This document shows positions 50,308-60,101 of a DNA stretch of 64,000 nt, piece by piece. Every line of letters begins with the position of its first letter. The first letter of the stretch is position 1. Below the pieces are notes generated by a model. It was not told the DNA's origin. It saw only the letters and a list, made by a program, of their open reading frames with translations, and ran no database searches. Position numbers and translations under genes: made by a program. The DNA is from Candidatus Marinacidobacterales bacterium (GTDB lineage: Bacteria; Acidobacteriota; Vicinamibacteria; Marinacidobacterales; DATDRI01): positions 3,136,001-3,200,000 of the forward strand of contig OZ245365.1 of NCBI GenBank assembly GCA_965226495.1, read 5' to 3'.

Positions 50308-51744
50308 CTACTTCACCAACTCAATGTCGTTGAGCTCGAAACTGTTACCGAACAATGCCGGCTCGGGGCCGTAGAAGCGGGCGAGCAGGAAGAAGCGCCG
50401 TTTCGGGTCGGTGGGAAGCCAGTTGCTTTCCTTACCCTCGGGCGCCTTCGGTCCAAAGTAGATATCCACCGAACCGTCATCGTTCTTCTGTAGTTGCTTT
50501 TGAGTGTTATCGACGCTGCTCTTCTCGACGTTGCGAATGTAGGAAGCCGTTTCCAGATCGTAAGTCGTGATAGCCCAGAAGTTGCGGACGGGCACGTTGG
50601 GCGGCATCACCAGTTTGTAGCTCTTGCCTCCATCCAGCCACTGACCATCCGGAGTCTCCGCAAGATCCATGTAAAAGGTGGCGATGCCGTAGGTCTTTAC
50701 GCCGGTGATGATGGCGTAGTACAGAGCGCCGCGCGCGTGGTAATCGTAGTAGGATGGGAACTCGTAAGTCCAATCCGTCTGGATGTCTCCCGCAGGAGTC
50801 AGGGAGCTCCACTTTTTACCTTCGTACCGCCACGGATTCAGAAAGCGGTGATACTGCTCAAGCATGTACTGCAGTGCTTCCGGCCCGGCCTGGTCAAAGA
50901 TGGCCTGCGTTTTGGCATCAGGCTCGTACGGCTCGCCCTTGCGCATGCCGATGCGCGCAAGGAGCCCCATCATGGCAAGGTTCTGGTCTTCAACAGGTTC
51001 CTCTTCGAGCATCTCGTGAATCTCTCTGTAGATGCTCCCGTCGAGAACCGGTGTCATCTCGAGCAACACGTCGTAGAGGTCGACAAACTTCATCTTCGGC
51101 GGGTTATCGGCCTTCGCCAGCGGGTAGATTTTTATCTGCTTCACAAACTCCGCCGCCTTGGCTAGATTCTCCGGAGTAGCACCCTTGATGATAGGGCGAA
51201 GGGCCATCCAGCCGTTATTGGTTCGCTGCTCGTACACGAGTGCCTTTGGCAGAAGCGGACCATTGTAGCCGGGAGGGATCAACAGGTATGTCGCTCCTCC
51301 GCCCTTGTCGCGGCCGAGGGCACCAATGTCATCGATGGCACGCTGCCAGGCATCCATCAGCGTCCCGAAGATGCCCACATCCTGGGTAGAAGGAGGGAGC
51401 TCGACCACGATCGGGCCGTCCTCCATGTTCCAGTAGGTCAAGATGTACGGCGTCGTATTGTTGGGAGTTGCTGTCTGGAATTTCCAGTCCTGGAGCTTGG
51501 AGAAGTAGCCGACATCGTTCGGGCCGACCCCCGCGTCAGCAAGGGCGTCCCGGTAGAACTTGAAATTCATGAGCGGCATAGCCCACACAGCTGCATCGAT
51601 AGCGCGGTGGTAGAGCATGCGGTCATGCACGTCGGCCTTCTGCAGATCAAATTCTTCGGCATTCGCCTGTACGGTTGTCAACATCCCGACCGCCATCACC
51701 GCGGCCACCAGCACTGCTGTCATTATCATCTTCATCATTTTCAT
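50308..51744 (-). CDS. DUF1254/DUF1214 domain exported protein
   Basis: Signal peptide; TPNNTTPY, GTLMDAWQ, FWAITTYD, DIYFGP.AP.G.ESNW, ARFYGP. Confidence 0.88.
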   Translation of the reverse strand: MKMMKMIMTAVLVAAVMAVGMLTTVQANAEEFDLQKADVHDRMLYHRAIDAAVWAMPLMNFKFYRDALADAGVGPNDVGYFSKLQDWKFQTATPNNTTPYILTYWNMEDGPIVVELPPSTQDVGIFGTLMDAWQRAIDDIGALGRDKGGGATYLLIPPGYNGPLLPKALVYEQRTNNGWMALRPIIKGATPENLAKAAEFVKQIKIYPLAKADNPPKMKFVDLYDVLLEMTPVLDGSIYREIHEMLEEEPVEDQNLAMMGLLARIGMRKGEPYEPDAKTQAIFDQAGPEALQYMLEQYHRFLNPWRYEGKKWSSLTPAGDIQTDWTYEFPSYYDYHARGALYYAIITGVKTYGIATFYMDLAETPDGQWLDGGKSYKLVMPPNVPVRNFWAITTYDLETASYIRNVEKSSVDNTQKQLQKNDDGSVDIYFGPKAPEGKESNWLPTDPKRRFFLLARFYGPEPALFGNSFELNDIELVK

Positions 51745-52092
51745 CTCCCGCCCTCCTGCTTCTTTTTGACCCGTACAGTTAAGGATAAAGGATAGGACAT
51801 TGTATCCTGTGGCGCGGGGAAGCGGGAGCCGAATTCACCCGGATGTGGTGAACCAAAGCCCGCGAATAAGCGCAAGCGATAGCTGGAGCCCGCGCATCAA
51901 AAGGAAAAGTACGGGTAGTGTTTTAGCGGTTTCGAGGCAAACGAGTGGCGTGCGAAGGAGTGGCGCTCAGTGAACGATGGGCTTGCCGGGCGGCGGCGGT
52001 GCTCTTTGTCGGGGGCGTTTGCGGTCTCGGTGGTCCAAGATTTTTCGAATGGCGGTGGGCTCGGTCGAATAGGTTTCATAATGCTCCCTTTT

Positions 52093-52760
52093 CTACAACC
52101 CAGGAATTATGGGAGTTTTGGTGTCGCGCGAGGTTGTTCGCGGACGGTAGTCCTTCGAAGCCTGCACCGCCTGTTGGACTCGCGGTTCGTCGAGATCGCT
52201 ACGGCGGATGCTCCATGGAACCCAGCGCGCGGCCTGCACGGCGGGCAAGATGCCGCGACCGATGAGTCGGCGCACGGTCATGGCGCAGACGCCGAGAGTG
52301 CTCGCTGCCTCGTTGAGGGTGAGCATCTCGCTTGGCTTGTCATCGGTCCGCTCCATTGCCGGGAGGTTGTGGTAGGAGCGGTACGCCCTGACACGGGCGG
52401 CGTTCCAGGTGAGCCCCCTGGCAATGCGGATGCCAACCCGGTTGAGGGTCAAGGCGATGTCCTCGTCGGAGAAGCGTCCCGCCATCTGCGCGAGGATCTC
52501 GGTGGTCTTCTCGGCGCCGACGCGGCGATGTCCCGTGGTGTTCTTCCTGACTCGGCGTGACGAGTGGATGCCACCCTTCCAGTGAATGACGGCTTCGATG
52601 GTATCACCGGCCTCGTTGACGTCGACAACGATCTCCTCGACGAGCGTGCGCACGATGCGCTTCTTGAGGCGCATGTCCGTCGACGGAGCCTTCCATACCC
52701 GCGCGAAGTCTGAGCCCAGCGTGAGCAGCTCCTTCGTATCGATGACCCGCTGGGATAAGG
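52093..52760 (-). pseudogene. C-terminal remnant of a large serine recombinase (IS-like element)
   Basis: KKRIVRTLVEEIVVD, IHWKGG.H, IALTLNR.G, C-terminal HTH LTLNEAASTLGVCAMTVRRLI; catalytic N-terminus absent. Confidence 0.7.
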
Positions 52761-52857
52761 AAGCGCGACAGGGAACCGACTCAGGAGATACCGGATCTGG
52801 TAGCGACAGCGTCCGCTGAGCCGGTCGACTGACGATCGCTCCTGAGCGTAGGGGCGC

Positions 52858-53464
52858 TCAGTAGGCCAAGCTCAGAAGCGGTTCTTTTCAGCAAACGCTC
52901 CGCTGGTCTTGCGAGAAGTCGCTCGCCGGCGCGGTTCACCAAACTCAAGCGATGATCTTCATCAAACGTAAAGACGGCGACATCGATCTCGTCCATCACC
53001 TTTCGAAGCAACGTGGTCGCCTCTAGCGCCCCGAGACGCTGGCTACGTAGCGTCTCCCCCAGCGCGTTGGCTTCCATCATGACTTGCCCCAGCGCCTCCT
53101 CACGGCTCGCACCGCGGGCCCGAATGGAGTAGTCCCCTTCCCGAAGCGCCGCGAGGAGATTGGACAGCGTCTGCAGAGGCAGCACGACCCGCTCTCGGAG
53201 GGCGAAAGAAAAGCCGAGCCAGAACCCAAGGATCAAGACGGAGAGTGTCCATTGCACCTTGGGCGTGTAATCGCCACCCCACAACATGATCATTGAGATC
53301 AAGACCGCCGGGGCCCCGGCGCCGAGGGCCATGAGCAAAACACGGAGGTCGTGATGGGCGCGATGATGTCGCCCGGGTGGTCCCATTAGAGATGTTCGGG
53401 GAGAGGCAGCGAGAAGCGAAAGGGATGTCCGGGGGGGACGCGCCTCGGATGGTTTCACAACCAC
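52858..53464 (-). pseudogene. 5' fragment (2 TM + HAMP + start of PAS) of a disrupted sensor histidine kinase
   Basis: PLQTLSNLLAALREGDYSIRA, LVNRAGERLL; similarity breaks after ELGL; follows the sigma54 regulator. Confidence 0.85.
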
Positions 53465-53470
53465 AAGTTC

Positions 53471-54853
53471 CTAGAGTCGGTATCTCTCCAGACGGCGATA
53501 GAGGGCGCTGCGGCTGAGGCCCAGCGCCTTGGCCGCCTGGCTCACGTTGCCATTGTAGCGAGAAAGCGACTTCTGGATGAGCAGGCGCTCGACCTCGTCC
53601 AGGTTCATGTCCTCGAGCGGAGCGCCGGAGTCATCGGCCGGCGGGCGTAAACCCAAGTCGCTCGCCTTCACTTTCTTAACCTGAGACATCAGTACCGCTC
53701 GCTCGACAGCGTGGTCAAGCTCACGGATGTTACCCGGCCAGCGGTTGTCCAGCATGAGCTTTATTGCCGCCTCTTCGAATCCTTCAAGGCTCTTGCGATA
53801 GTGCTGCGCATGTTGTCGGAGAAAAGACATCGCCAGAATGGGGATATCTTCGGGCCTCTCTCTAAGGGACGGAAGGTGAATCTCAACAGTGTTCAATCGA
53901 TAGAGGAGATCTTGTCGGAACCGTCCAGAGGAGACCTCTTCGCTGATGTCGGCGTTGGTGGCGGAAAGGATCCTGACGTTGACCCGGCGGGTCTTCGAAG
54001 AACCTACCCGTTCGAACTCCCCCGTCTCGAGCACTCGCAACAGTTTCCTTTGCAGACTCAGAGGGACGTTGGCGATCTCGTCCAAGAAGAGCGTCCCTCC
54101 GCCCGCGAGCTCGAACCGTCCCACCCGATCCGTCTTGGCGTCAGTAAAGGCTCCTTTGACGTGACCAAAGAGCTCGCTCTCGAAGATGCCTTCCGAAAGC
54201 CCACCGACGTTGACGGTCACCATAGCCCTCGAGGCGCGTTTGGAAACCGCGTGGATCGTCTGGGCGACCACACCCTTGCCGGTCCCGTTCTCGCCCGTAA
54301 TCAATACGTTGGCATCGGAAGGCCCCACGCGAGCGATGACTTGCCTCACCGGTTGCATGGCAGAAGACTCCGCTACCAGCTGAGGTCGGCTCTCGTCTCG
54401 AAGGAACTGGTTCTCCGCCTCGAGAAGTTGTCCTTTCCGGAGAGCTTGGCCGAGCTCGATCTGAGTCCGAAGAATGCTCAATAGTCGGGGGTTGTCCCAT
54501 GGCTTCTGGATAAAATCCCGTGCGCCGCGGCGCATCGCTTCCACCGCGAGCTCGACACTTCCCCAGGCGGTCATGACGATCACGGGCAGCGTGCTGTCTA
54601 GCGCTCGGATCCGTTTGAGCAGATCTAGACCCTCCTGCCCCGACGTCGTATCCCGCGCGTAGTTGAGATCCATCAAAAGCACGTCGAAGTCGGTGGACTC
54701 CATCGCCTTCAGGACCGCCCTCGGAGATGTGGCCGTCTCGGTCTTGTAGCCCTCCGCCTTCAAAAGAAGACGCAAGGCATCTAGGACGTCCGGCTGGTCG
54801 TCCGCGACGAGAATCCGAGAGACCGAATCGTGGTTGTTCGTTGAGCTCAGCAT
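53471..54853 (-). CDS. Sigma54-dependent response regulator (NtrC family)
   Basis: REC domain; GENGTGKG, ESELFGHVKGAFTDA, LFLDEI, FRQDLLYRL, WPGNIREL; Fis-type HTH. Confidence 0.95.
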   Translation of the reverse strand: MLSSTNNHDSVSRILVADDQPDVLDALRLLLKAEGYKTETATSPRAVLKAMESTDFDVLLMDLNYARDTTSGQEGLDLLKRIRALDSTLPVIVMTAWGSVELAVEAMRRGARDFIQKPWDNPRLLSILRTQIELGQALRKGQLLEAENQFLRDESRPQLVAESSAMQPVRQVIARVGPSDANVLITGENGTGKGVVAQTIHAVSKRASRAMVTVNVGGLSEGIFESELFGHVKGAFTDAKTDRVGRFELAGGGTLFLDEIANVPLSLQRKLLRVLETGEFERVGSSKTRRVNVRILSATNADISEEVSSGRFRQDLLYRLNTVEIHLPSLRERPEDIPILAMSFLRQHAQHYRKSLEGFEEAAIKLMLDNRWPGNIRELDHAVERAVLMSQVKKVKASDLGLRPPADDSGAPLEDMNLDEVERLLIQKSLSRYNGNVSQAAKALGLSRSALYRRLERYRL

Positions 54854-54868
54854 GCGGGTAGAGGGACT

Positions 54869-55537
54869 CTAGTCACCCTTTTCCATCCAACCGTCGAGCA
54901 GATTGATAACCCGATTACCGTACGAAGCGTTCAACTCGGAGTGAGTCACTTGGATGATCGTCGTCCCTTGCTCGTTGAGCGTCTTGAAGAGGTCCATGAT
55001 CTCTTTGCCGTGGCTACTGTGAAGATTCCCGGTGGGCTCGTCGGCCAGAATCAGCTTGGGCTCGATGATGACTGCCCGGGCCACCGCAACCAACTGCTGT
55101 TGTCCACCGGAGAGTTGGTTTGGATAGAGATCCTTCTTGCCGACGATTTGGAATTTATCCAACGCGTCGGCAACCATCGACTGGCGTTCCGACCGTTTGA
55201 TGTTTCGATAGGAGAGCGGTATCTCCAAGTTCTCATAGACTGTCAAGTTGTCGAGCAGATGGTAACTTTGGAAGACGAACCCGATGTATTGCTTGTGGAG
55301 CTCGGTACGTTTCTTGTTCTTGAGCTCGTGGACCGCTTGATCGAAAAAGTAGTACTCGCCGTTCCACGCACCATCCAGCATTCCCAGGACGTGGAGAAGG
55401 GTGGATTTGCCGGCGCCGGAAGGTCCCATGAAGGTGACGAAATCGCCCTCCTCGATGTCGATATTAATTTGACGTAGCACATAGCTTCGGCCCGCACCCG
55501 ACTCGAAGAACTTCTCGACATCTCGCATCTTGATCAT
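54869..55537 (-). CDS. MacB/LolD-type ABC ATPase
   Basis: [27 protein letters not shown]. Confidence 0.92.
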   Translation of the reverse strand: MIKMRDVEKFFESGAGRSYVLRQINIDIEEGDFVTFMGPSGAGKSTLLHVLGMLDGAWNGEYYFFDQAVHELKNKKRTELHKQYIGFVFQSYHLLDNLTVYENLEIPLSYRNIKRSERQSMVADALDKFQIVGKKDLYPNQLSGGQQQLVAVARAVIIEPKLILADEPTGNLHSSHGKEIMDLFKTLNEQGTTIIQVTHSELNASYGNRVINLLDGWMEKGD

Positions 55538-55638
55538 AGGTCTTATCTCTCGCCTCTCGTCCGTGGTGACGGAGCCATCCTCAACACGGGCCGGGCGGGC
55601 CGGTCCGTCTTGTCGAGCCATCATGGAGGTCATCACCT

Positions 55639-56334
55639 TCAGGCGACTTCGGCATTCTCTTCAACGATACGGCCATCGAAGAGATGGATCGACCGATCCG
55701 CGTACTCGGCGTAGCGGGGATCGTGGGTCACGATACAAATCGTCGCCCCCCCGCGGTGGAGCTCGGCGAGGAGATTCATCACCGCTTCGCCGTTCGTAGA
55801 GTCGAGGTTACCCGTCGGCTCATCCGCCAACACGATGGAGGGCGAGCCCACCACCGCGCGTGCGACCGCCACTCTTTGTTGCTGCCCTCCGGAAAGCTGC
55901 GAGGGGAAATGTTTCATGCGGTGTGCCATTCCGACCTTCTCGAGGGCCTCCTGGACCTTCGTCTTTCGCTCGGAGCCCGCCATCCCTCGGTACGTCAACG
56001 GCAGCTCCACGTTCTCGTAGACGGTGAGGTCACCGATCAGATTGAAGGCCTGGAATATGAAGCCCACTTCCTTGTTCCGGATCCGGGCGCGGTCGGACAG
56101 CTTGAGGTTGGCCACCGATTGTTGGTTCAGGCGGTAACTGCCATCGGTCGGCGAGTCGAGAAGACCCAAGATCGACAGCAGCGTCGATTTGCCGCAGCCG
56201 GAAGGGCCGGCTATGGAGACGTACTCGCCTTGATTGATGTCCAAATGGATCCCCGCGAGGGCATGAGTCTCCACCTCGTCAGTATAGAAAACCTTGGTTA
56301 CCCCTTCGAGATTGATGAGGGCCGAATCGCTCAT
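55639..56334 (-). CDS. MacB/LolD-type ABC ATPase
   Basis: [31 protein letters not shown]. Confidence 0.93.
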   Translation of the reverse strand: MSDSALINLEGVTKVFYTDEVETHALAGIHLDINQGEYVSIAGPSGCGKSTLLSILGLLDSPTDGSYRLNQQSVANLKLSDRARIRNKEVGFIFQAFNLIGDLTVYENVELPLTYRGMAGSERKTKVQEALEKVGMAHRMKHFPSQLSGGQQQRVAVARAVVGSPSIVLADEPTGNLDSTNGEAVMNLLAELHRGGATICIVTHDPRYAEYADRSIHLFDGRIVEENAEVA

Positions 56335-56363
56335 TTTTGTTATTCCTTTCCCCGGTTCTTGCT

Positions 56364-57614
56364 TCAATTCAGTCGGATGCGATCATAGGAATCCCAAGCG
56401 GAAGTATCCGAGAGAATCACCTGGTCGCTCTCGTTGAGGCCCTGAACAACCTCGATCGTGCTCACCGAGCTGCGACCGAGTTGGACCTGCACACGAACGG
56501 CCGTTTCCCCGTCCTCGAGAATTCGAAAGAGCCCTATCGTGCTTTCCGCTTGTCCGTAAGCCGGCCGGCCTACATAAAGAATGTCCACCAGCCGCTCTAG
56601 CTCCACCGTCCCGTCGACACTCAGGTCGGGCCGCACACCCTTTGGTAGCGGACCGATGAGCGACACATCGACCTGAACGGTTCCTTCCTGGACGGCCGGA
56701 TCGACCCGGATGACTTCTCCTTGGATCAATCCGTTTCGGGTATCGATGGTCGCCTTCTGCCCAACCTCGATGTCTTTGGCCTGCGTCTCCGCGATACGGA
56801 GCTCGGCCTTGAGCTTGTCGGGCCGAGCAACCTTGGCGAGAATCGTACCCGGAGTTACCTGCTGCCCTTCCTCGACCGGAACTTGCTGCAGCACGCCGTC
56901 GATTCCCGCGCGCACCTTGAGGGCTCGAACCTGCTCATGGCGGAGCTCGGCGAGGGCCCGGAACTGGTCGACCCTGGCGCGTCGGGCCGCCAACTGCGCA
57001 TCGACCGACTCGCTCGCCATCTCGAGCCGTTGCTGTTCGAGCTCGTGCCGGGTGGCGAGCTCTTTAGCACGAACGGACGACAACTGGACGATGAGATCTC
57101 CGATCAAACCCTCTTCACGCAGCTTCTTGTCCGCTTCGGCTTGGAGTTTAGCTTGGCTGTACTCCGCCCGGACGCTGGCGGCGTCGGCTTGCTGATTCAA
57201 GAGTTGACTCTGGAGCTGCACTTTGAGATCGACGTACTCGGCCTCCGCGGCGAGCAGCTGATACTCCGAATCCATCGCCGCCTGATCCAGCTCCGGATTA
57301 CTCATTTCGAGCAGAATGGTATCGGCTTGGACTGTAATGCCCGGTAGCACGCGGCGTTCGATCCGCCCATCGGTCCGCGCGGAGATCCAGCGAATCTCCT
57401 CCGGTACCAGCGTGCCCGGTCCACGGACCTGCCGAAGCATGGAGCCCCGTTTCACGGTATCTATGTAGACCGTCGCGCGGTTGACGCTAGGGGCCGCAGG
57501 CTCGAGCCGCGAGAGGGCGACCGTAATCACCAACACCGCCAGCAACCCGGCACCCGTATAGATGATGCGCCGGATCTTTTTCTTCTGGGCGACGCCTGGT
57601 CGCGCTATATCCAT
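56364..57614 (-). CDS. Efflux periplasmic adaptor (MFP, MacA-like)
   Basis: TM anchor, coiled coil, VRAGIDGVL, RPDLSVDG; SD GGAGG. Confidence 0.9.
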   Translation of the reverse strand: MDIARPGVAQKKKIRRIIYTGAGLLAVLVITVALSRLEPAAPSVNRATVYIDTVKRGSMLRQVRGPGTLVPEEIRWISARTDGRIERRVLPGITVQADTILLEMSNPELDQAAMDSEYQLLAAEAEYVDLKVQLQSQLLNQQADAASVRAEYSQAKLQAEADKKLREEGLIGDLIVQLSSVRAKELATRHELEQQRLEMASESVDAQLAARRARVDQFRALAELRHEQVRALKVRAGIDGVLQQVPVEEGQQVTPGTILAKVARPDKLKAELRIAETQAKDIEVGQKATIDTRNGLIQGEVIRVDPAVQEGTVQVDVSLIGPLPKGVRPDLSVDGTVELERLVDILYVGRPAYGQAESTIGLFRILEDGETAVRVQVQLGRSSVSTIEVVQGLNESDQVILSDTSAWDSYDRIRLN

Positions 57615-57640
57615 TGGTGTCCCTCCACACCCTTATATGC

Positions 57641-57655
57641 GCAAATGGTGTGCCA
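57641..57655 (-). promoter_or_regulatory. sigma54 (-24/-12) promoter
   Basis: TGGCAC-ACCAT-TTGC on the minus strand, 27 nt upstream of the MFP gene. Confidence 0.85.
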
Positions 57656-57727
57656 TTTGTTCCCTATTTTTATCTTGCTGAAAACAAATGAGTTCTTTAT
57701 GAAAAAGACCCGGAGCAGGATTTGAAT

Positions 57728-57767
57728 GTGTCCGTTTTCGGGACCGATTTTGCCCGGGAGCGGACAC
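57728..57767. promoter_or_regulatory. Candidate enhancer (UAS) pair for the sigma54 activator
   Basis: GTGTCCGTTTTCGGGAC and TGCCCGGGAGCGGACAC, two imperfect palindromes 70-110 nt upstream of the -24 box, separated from it by an AT-rich tract. Confidence 0.55.
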
Positions 57768-57783
57768 TATAATACGCCGGTTA

Positions 57784-57915
57784 AGGGTGGTTAATTAAAG
57801 TCCCCTTCCTTTACCCCCTCTCCCTCAGGGAGAGGGCCGGGGTGAGGGTGGTTAATTAAAGCCCCCTTCCTTTACCCCCTCTCCCTCAGGGAGAGGGCCG
57901 GGGTGAGGGTGGTTA
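57784..57915. repeat. Tandem 61-bp repeat containing the REP-like palindrome
   Basis: Units start at 57784 and 57845 (one mismatch), partial third unit at 57906; same core as 33508. Confidence 0.85.
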
Positions 57916-59649
57916 CTCAGAACTCTTCAACATAGCTCCCGCTGCGATCTGATGAAGGAGCTCCTCGCGCACCAGCGCGAAGGGCAACGTCCCAATCTTG
58001 AGAACCCGATCGTGAAAGTCCTTTAGGGTCGCCTTCCGGCCCATGAGGTACATCTGCGCGAAATACTCATCCCGTAGCTGCATGAGCTGGTGGTATCCCC
58101 AGGTCGCGATGCCAGTTCGCGCGTAGCCGTGTGTGGCTCCTTGAACCTGCAGAAAGGAGTAGGGCTCGGCGAACATCACGTCGCTGGTCATGAGGTTGAC
58201 TCCCTCCTCCACACTCACGTACCCCAGGTGCATCCCGGCGTCATAGATGACGCGCGCGTAGCGCCATAACTTGAGCCGCTCCATTTCGACGCGGTATTCG
58301 TCGTGTTTGTCGGGCGGATAGAACCCGAAGTCCGGCGTCAACACCCACTCCACGTAGTAGCACCAAGCCTGATTGCTATACGCACTCTCGTAAGTTCGAA
58401 GCTTGCGCGGGTTGTGATTGTTGTACAACGCCACCAACCCGTGACCGGGATAAACTTCATGTGGCATTAGGGCGGTGATGAACGCGTAGTTATGGGACCT
58501 CAAAAATCTATCTTTCTCCTCGGGGCTCCACCGCGGATCCATCGGCGCCAACATGACCGCCCCGGGGAACTTCGAGCCCGCGGCGCGTGGCGCGCCACCG
58601 AACCCGGTGAAGGTCAGTTTGTTGTAATACGCCGGCGAATAGATGGCTCCCGCCGCGTTTTCCGTGTCCCACGGCATCGACATCAAATCGTTCTCGATGA
58701 GCCATGGGCGATCGCGTCGAACCTGGACGAGGAAATCATTGAGCATCGATTCTTCGGACGGATGGTCCGCCTGTAGATCGGTCTCGATCTGACGCCAGCT
58801 TCGCCCGCCCGCGACCTTCGCTGCGGCCTGGTCCAGGACACGAAGCTGTTCTTCGAATTGACTCCGTCCCCAATGGTAAAAGGACTCCGTATCGAGATCG
58901 CCGACGTGATAGAAGTCGCGCAGGCGCGCATCGAATATTTCTTTACCGACTCTCCATTCACCTTCTGGCTTCTGCGGCAGATCGGAATCCAAGAAATCAC
59001 CGAAGCCATGGAGCGCGGCCAAGACTTTCTCGTTCTCCGCTAGCAATTCCGCGCGTTGATCCGGCACCCGATCCGCGAATCCAGGCACATCCACCTCGAA
59101 GGTCTCGATAGCACCCTCCAGCAATCCCTTGGCCGGCGCGAGCCACAGCGGGATGAAGACTTTCAAATTGGTCTTGGCGTTTTCTAGCCGTGCGGGAATC
59201 GTCTTCATGACCGCAAGAACGGTCGCGGCCCTATCCGTCACCGGGCGATTCTCGAGATAGAGCAGGCCGCCTCGAGCGGAAACGATAGGCTCGATCCGCA
59301 AATAGAGAGTGGGATCCTTTTCCCAATACTTGACCTTCTCCCCATCCACGATCTTGGTTTTCAAGATCCCTTCGAGATAGCGGTAGTCGATATCTTGCTG
59401 GAATGTTAGCGCCTGGCGATCGGTCGCTTGGAGCTCATCGAGAAGTCCGCGCGCCGTGTCGAGCCGGTTCTGGTAGTACGCCGCACTCCCATCGTTCACC
59501 GCGGTTGTCCCGGCGCCGACACCATGGAACTCGGCGAGGTACTTGTCGACGAGTGATTCGAAAGCTGGGTCCACCTTCTGTGAGGAAGCCGGAAATGGGC
59601 CCACCACCAGAAACCCCAACACCAAAACGATTCTCCATGTGAGTCTCAT
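57913..59649 (-). CDS. DUF885 family exported protein (metallopeptidase-like)
   Basis: Signal peptide from ATG 59649; HEVYPGH, WRYARVIYDAGMH, LKDFHDRVL.IG.LP. Confidence 0.82.
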   Translation of the reverse strand: MRLTWRIVLVLGFLVVGPFPASSQKVDPAFESLVDKYLAEFHGVGAGTTAVNDGSAAYYQNRLDTARGLLDELQATDRQALTFQQDIDYRYLEGILKTKIVDGEKVKYWEKDPTLYLRIEPIVSARGGLLYLENRPVTDRAATVLAVMKTIPARLENAKTNLKVFIPLWLAPAKGLLEGAIETFEVDVPGFADRVPDQRAELLAENEKVLAALHGFGDFLDSDLPQKPEGEWRVGKEIFDARLRDFYHVGDLDTESFYHWGRSQFEEQLRVLDQAAAKVAGGRSWRQIETDLQADHPSEESMLNDFLVQVRRDRPWLIENDLMSMPWDTENAAGAIYSPAYYNKLTFTGFGGAPRAAGSKFPGAVMLAPMDPRWSPEEKDRFLRSHNYAFITALMPHEVYPGHGLVALYNNHNPRKLRTYESAYSNQAWCYYVEWVLTPDFGFYPPDKHDEYRVEMERLKLWRYARVIYDAGMHLGYVSVEEGVNLMTSDVMFAEPYSFLQVQGATHGYARTGIATWGYHQLMQLRDEYFAQMYLMGRKATLKDFHDRVLKIGTLPFALVREELLHQIAAGAMLKSSE

Positions 59650-59651
59650 AG

Positions 59652-60101
59652 TTACTCCCCCACGCCTTGGGTCGATCTGACCCTTGCCTCTAGTTTCACC
59701 GGGCTCTTCATAGATTTCGATATCAGACAATTCTGCTCGGCTTTGTGAAGCAGCCGTTCGGCTCTTCCGGTATCGGACGCCTTGACCACCGTCAAGTCCA
59801 CTTCTATCACGATGCCCGTGAACATCCACCCCTGCCCCTCGAGCCTCTCCACGGTTCCCGTCGCGTTGGAGCGCCAGTCAGCGATCTCGAGCTGAGATAT
59901 ACGCGCCATGGCTACGAAAGTCCACAAAACACAGGTATTGGCCGAAGAGAGGAACAAATGCTCAGGACTCCAGTTGCCGCCCGGTCCTCCGAACTCTAGC
60001 GGGGGAGCCGTCGTCAGAGTCGGCAGCCCCGGGGATTCGGCCCGACCTCCCAGTGCATCACTCCAAGTGACCGAAGTTTGATACTCGTGCCTTTTTTCCA
60101 T
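59652..60101 (-). CDS. OsmC/Ohr family protein
   Basis: PPLEFGG, WSPEHLF, NTC and NCLISKS (two Cys). Confidence 0.88.
   Translation of the reverse strand: MEKRHEYQTSVTWSDALGGRAESPGLPTLTTAPPLEFGGPGGNWSPEHLFLSSANTCVLWTFVAMARISQLEIADWRSNATGTVERLEGQGWMFTGIVIEVDLTVVKASDTGRAERLLHKAEQNCLISKSMKSPVKLEARVRSTQGVGE

Noticed and set aside
57784-57915. CRISPR array or ncRNA
   Set aside because: It is a near-perfect tandem duplication of a REP-like palindrome with no unique spacers.
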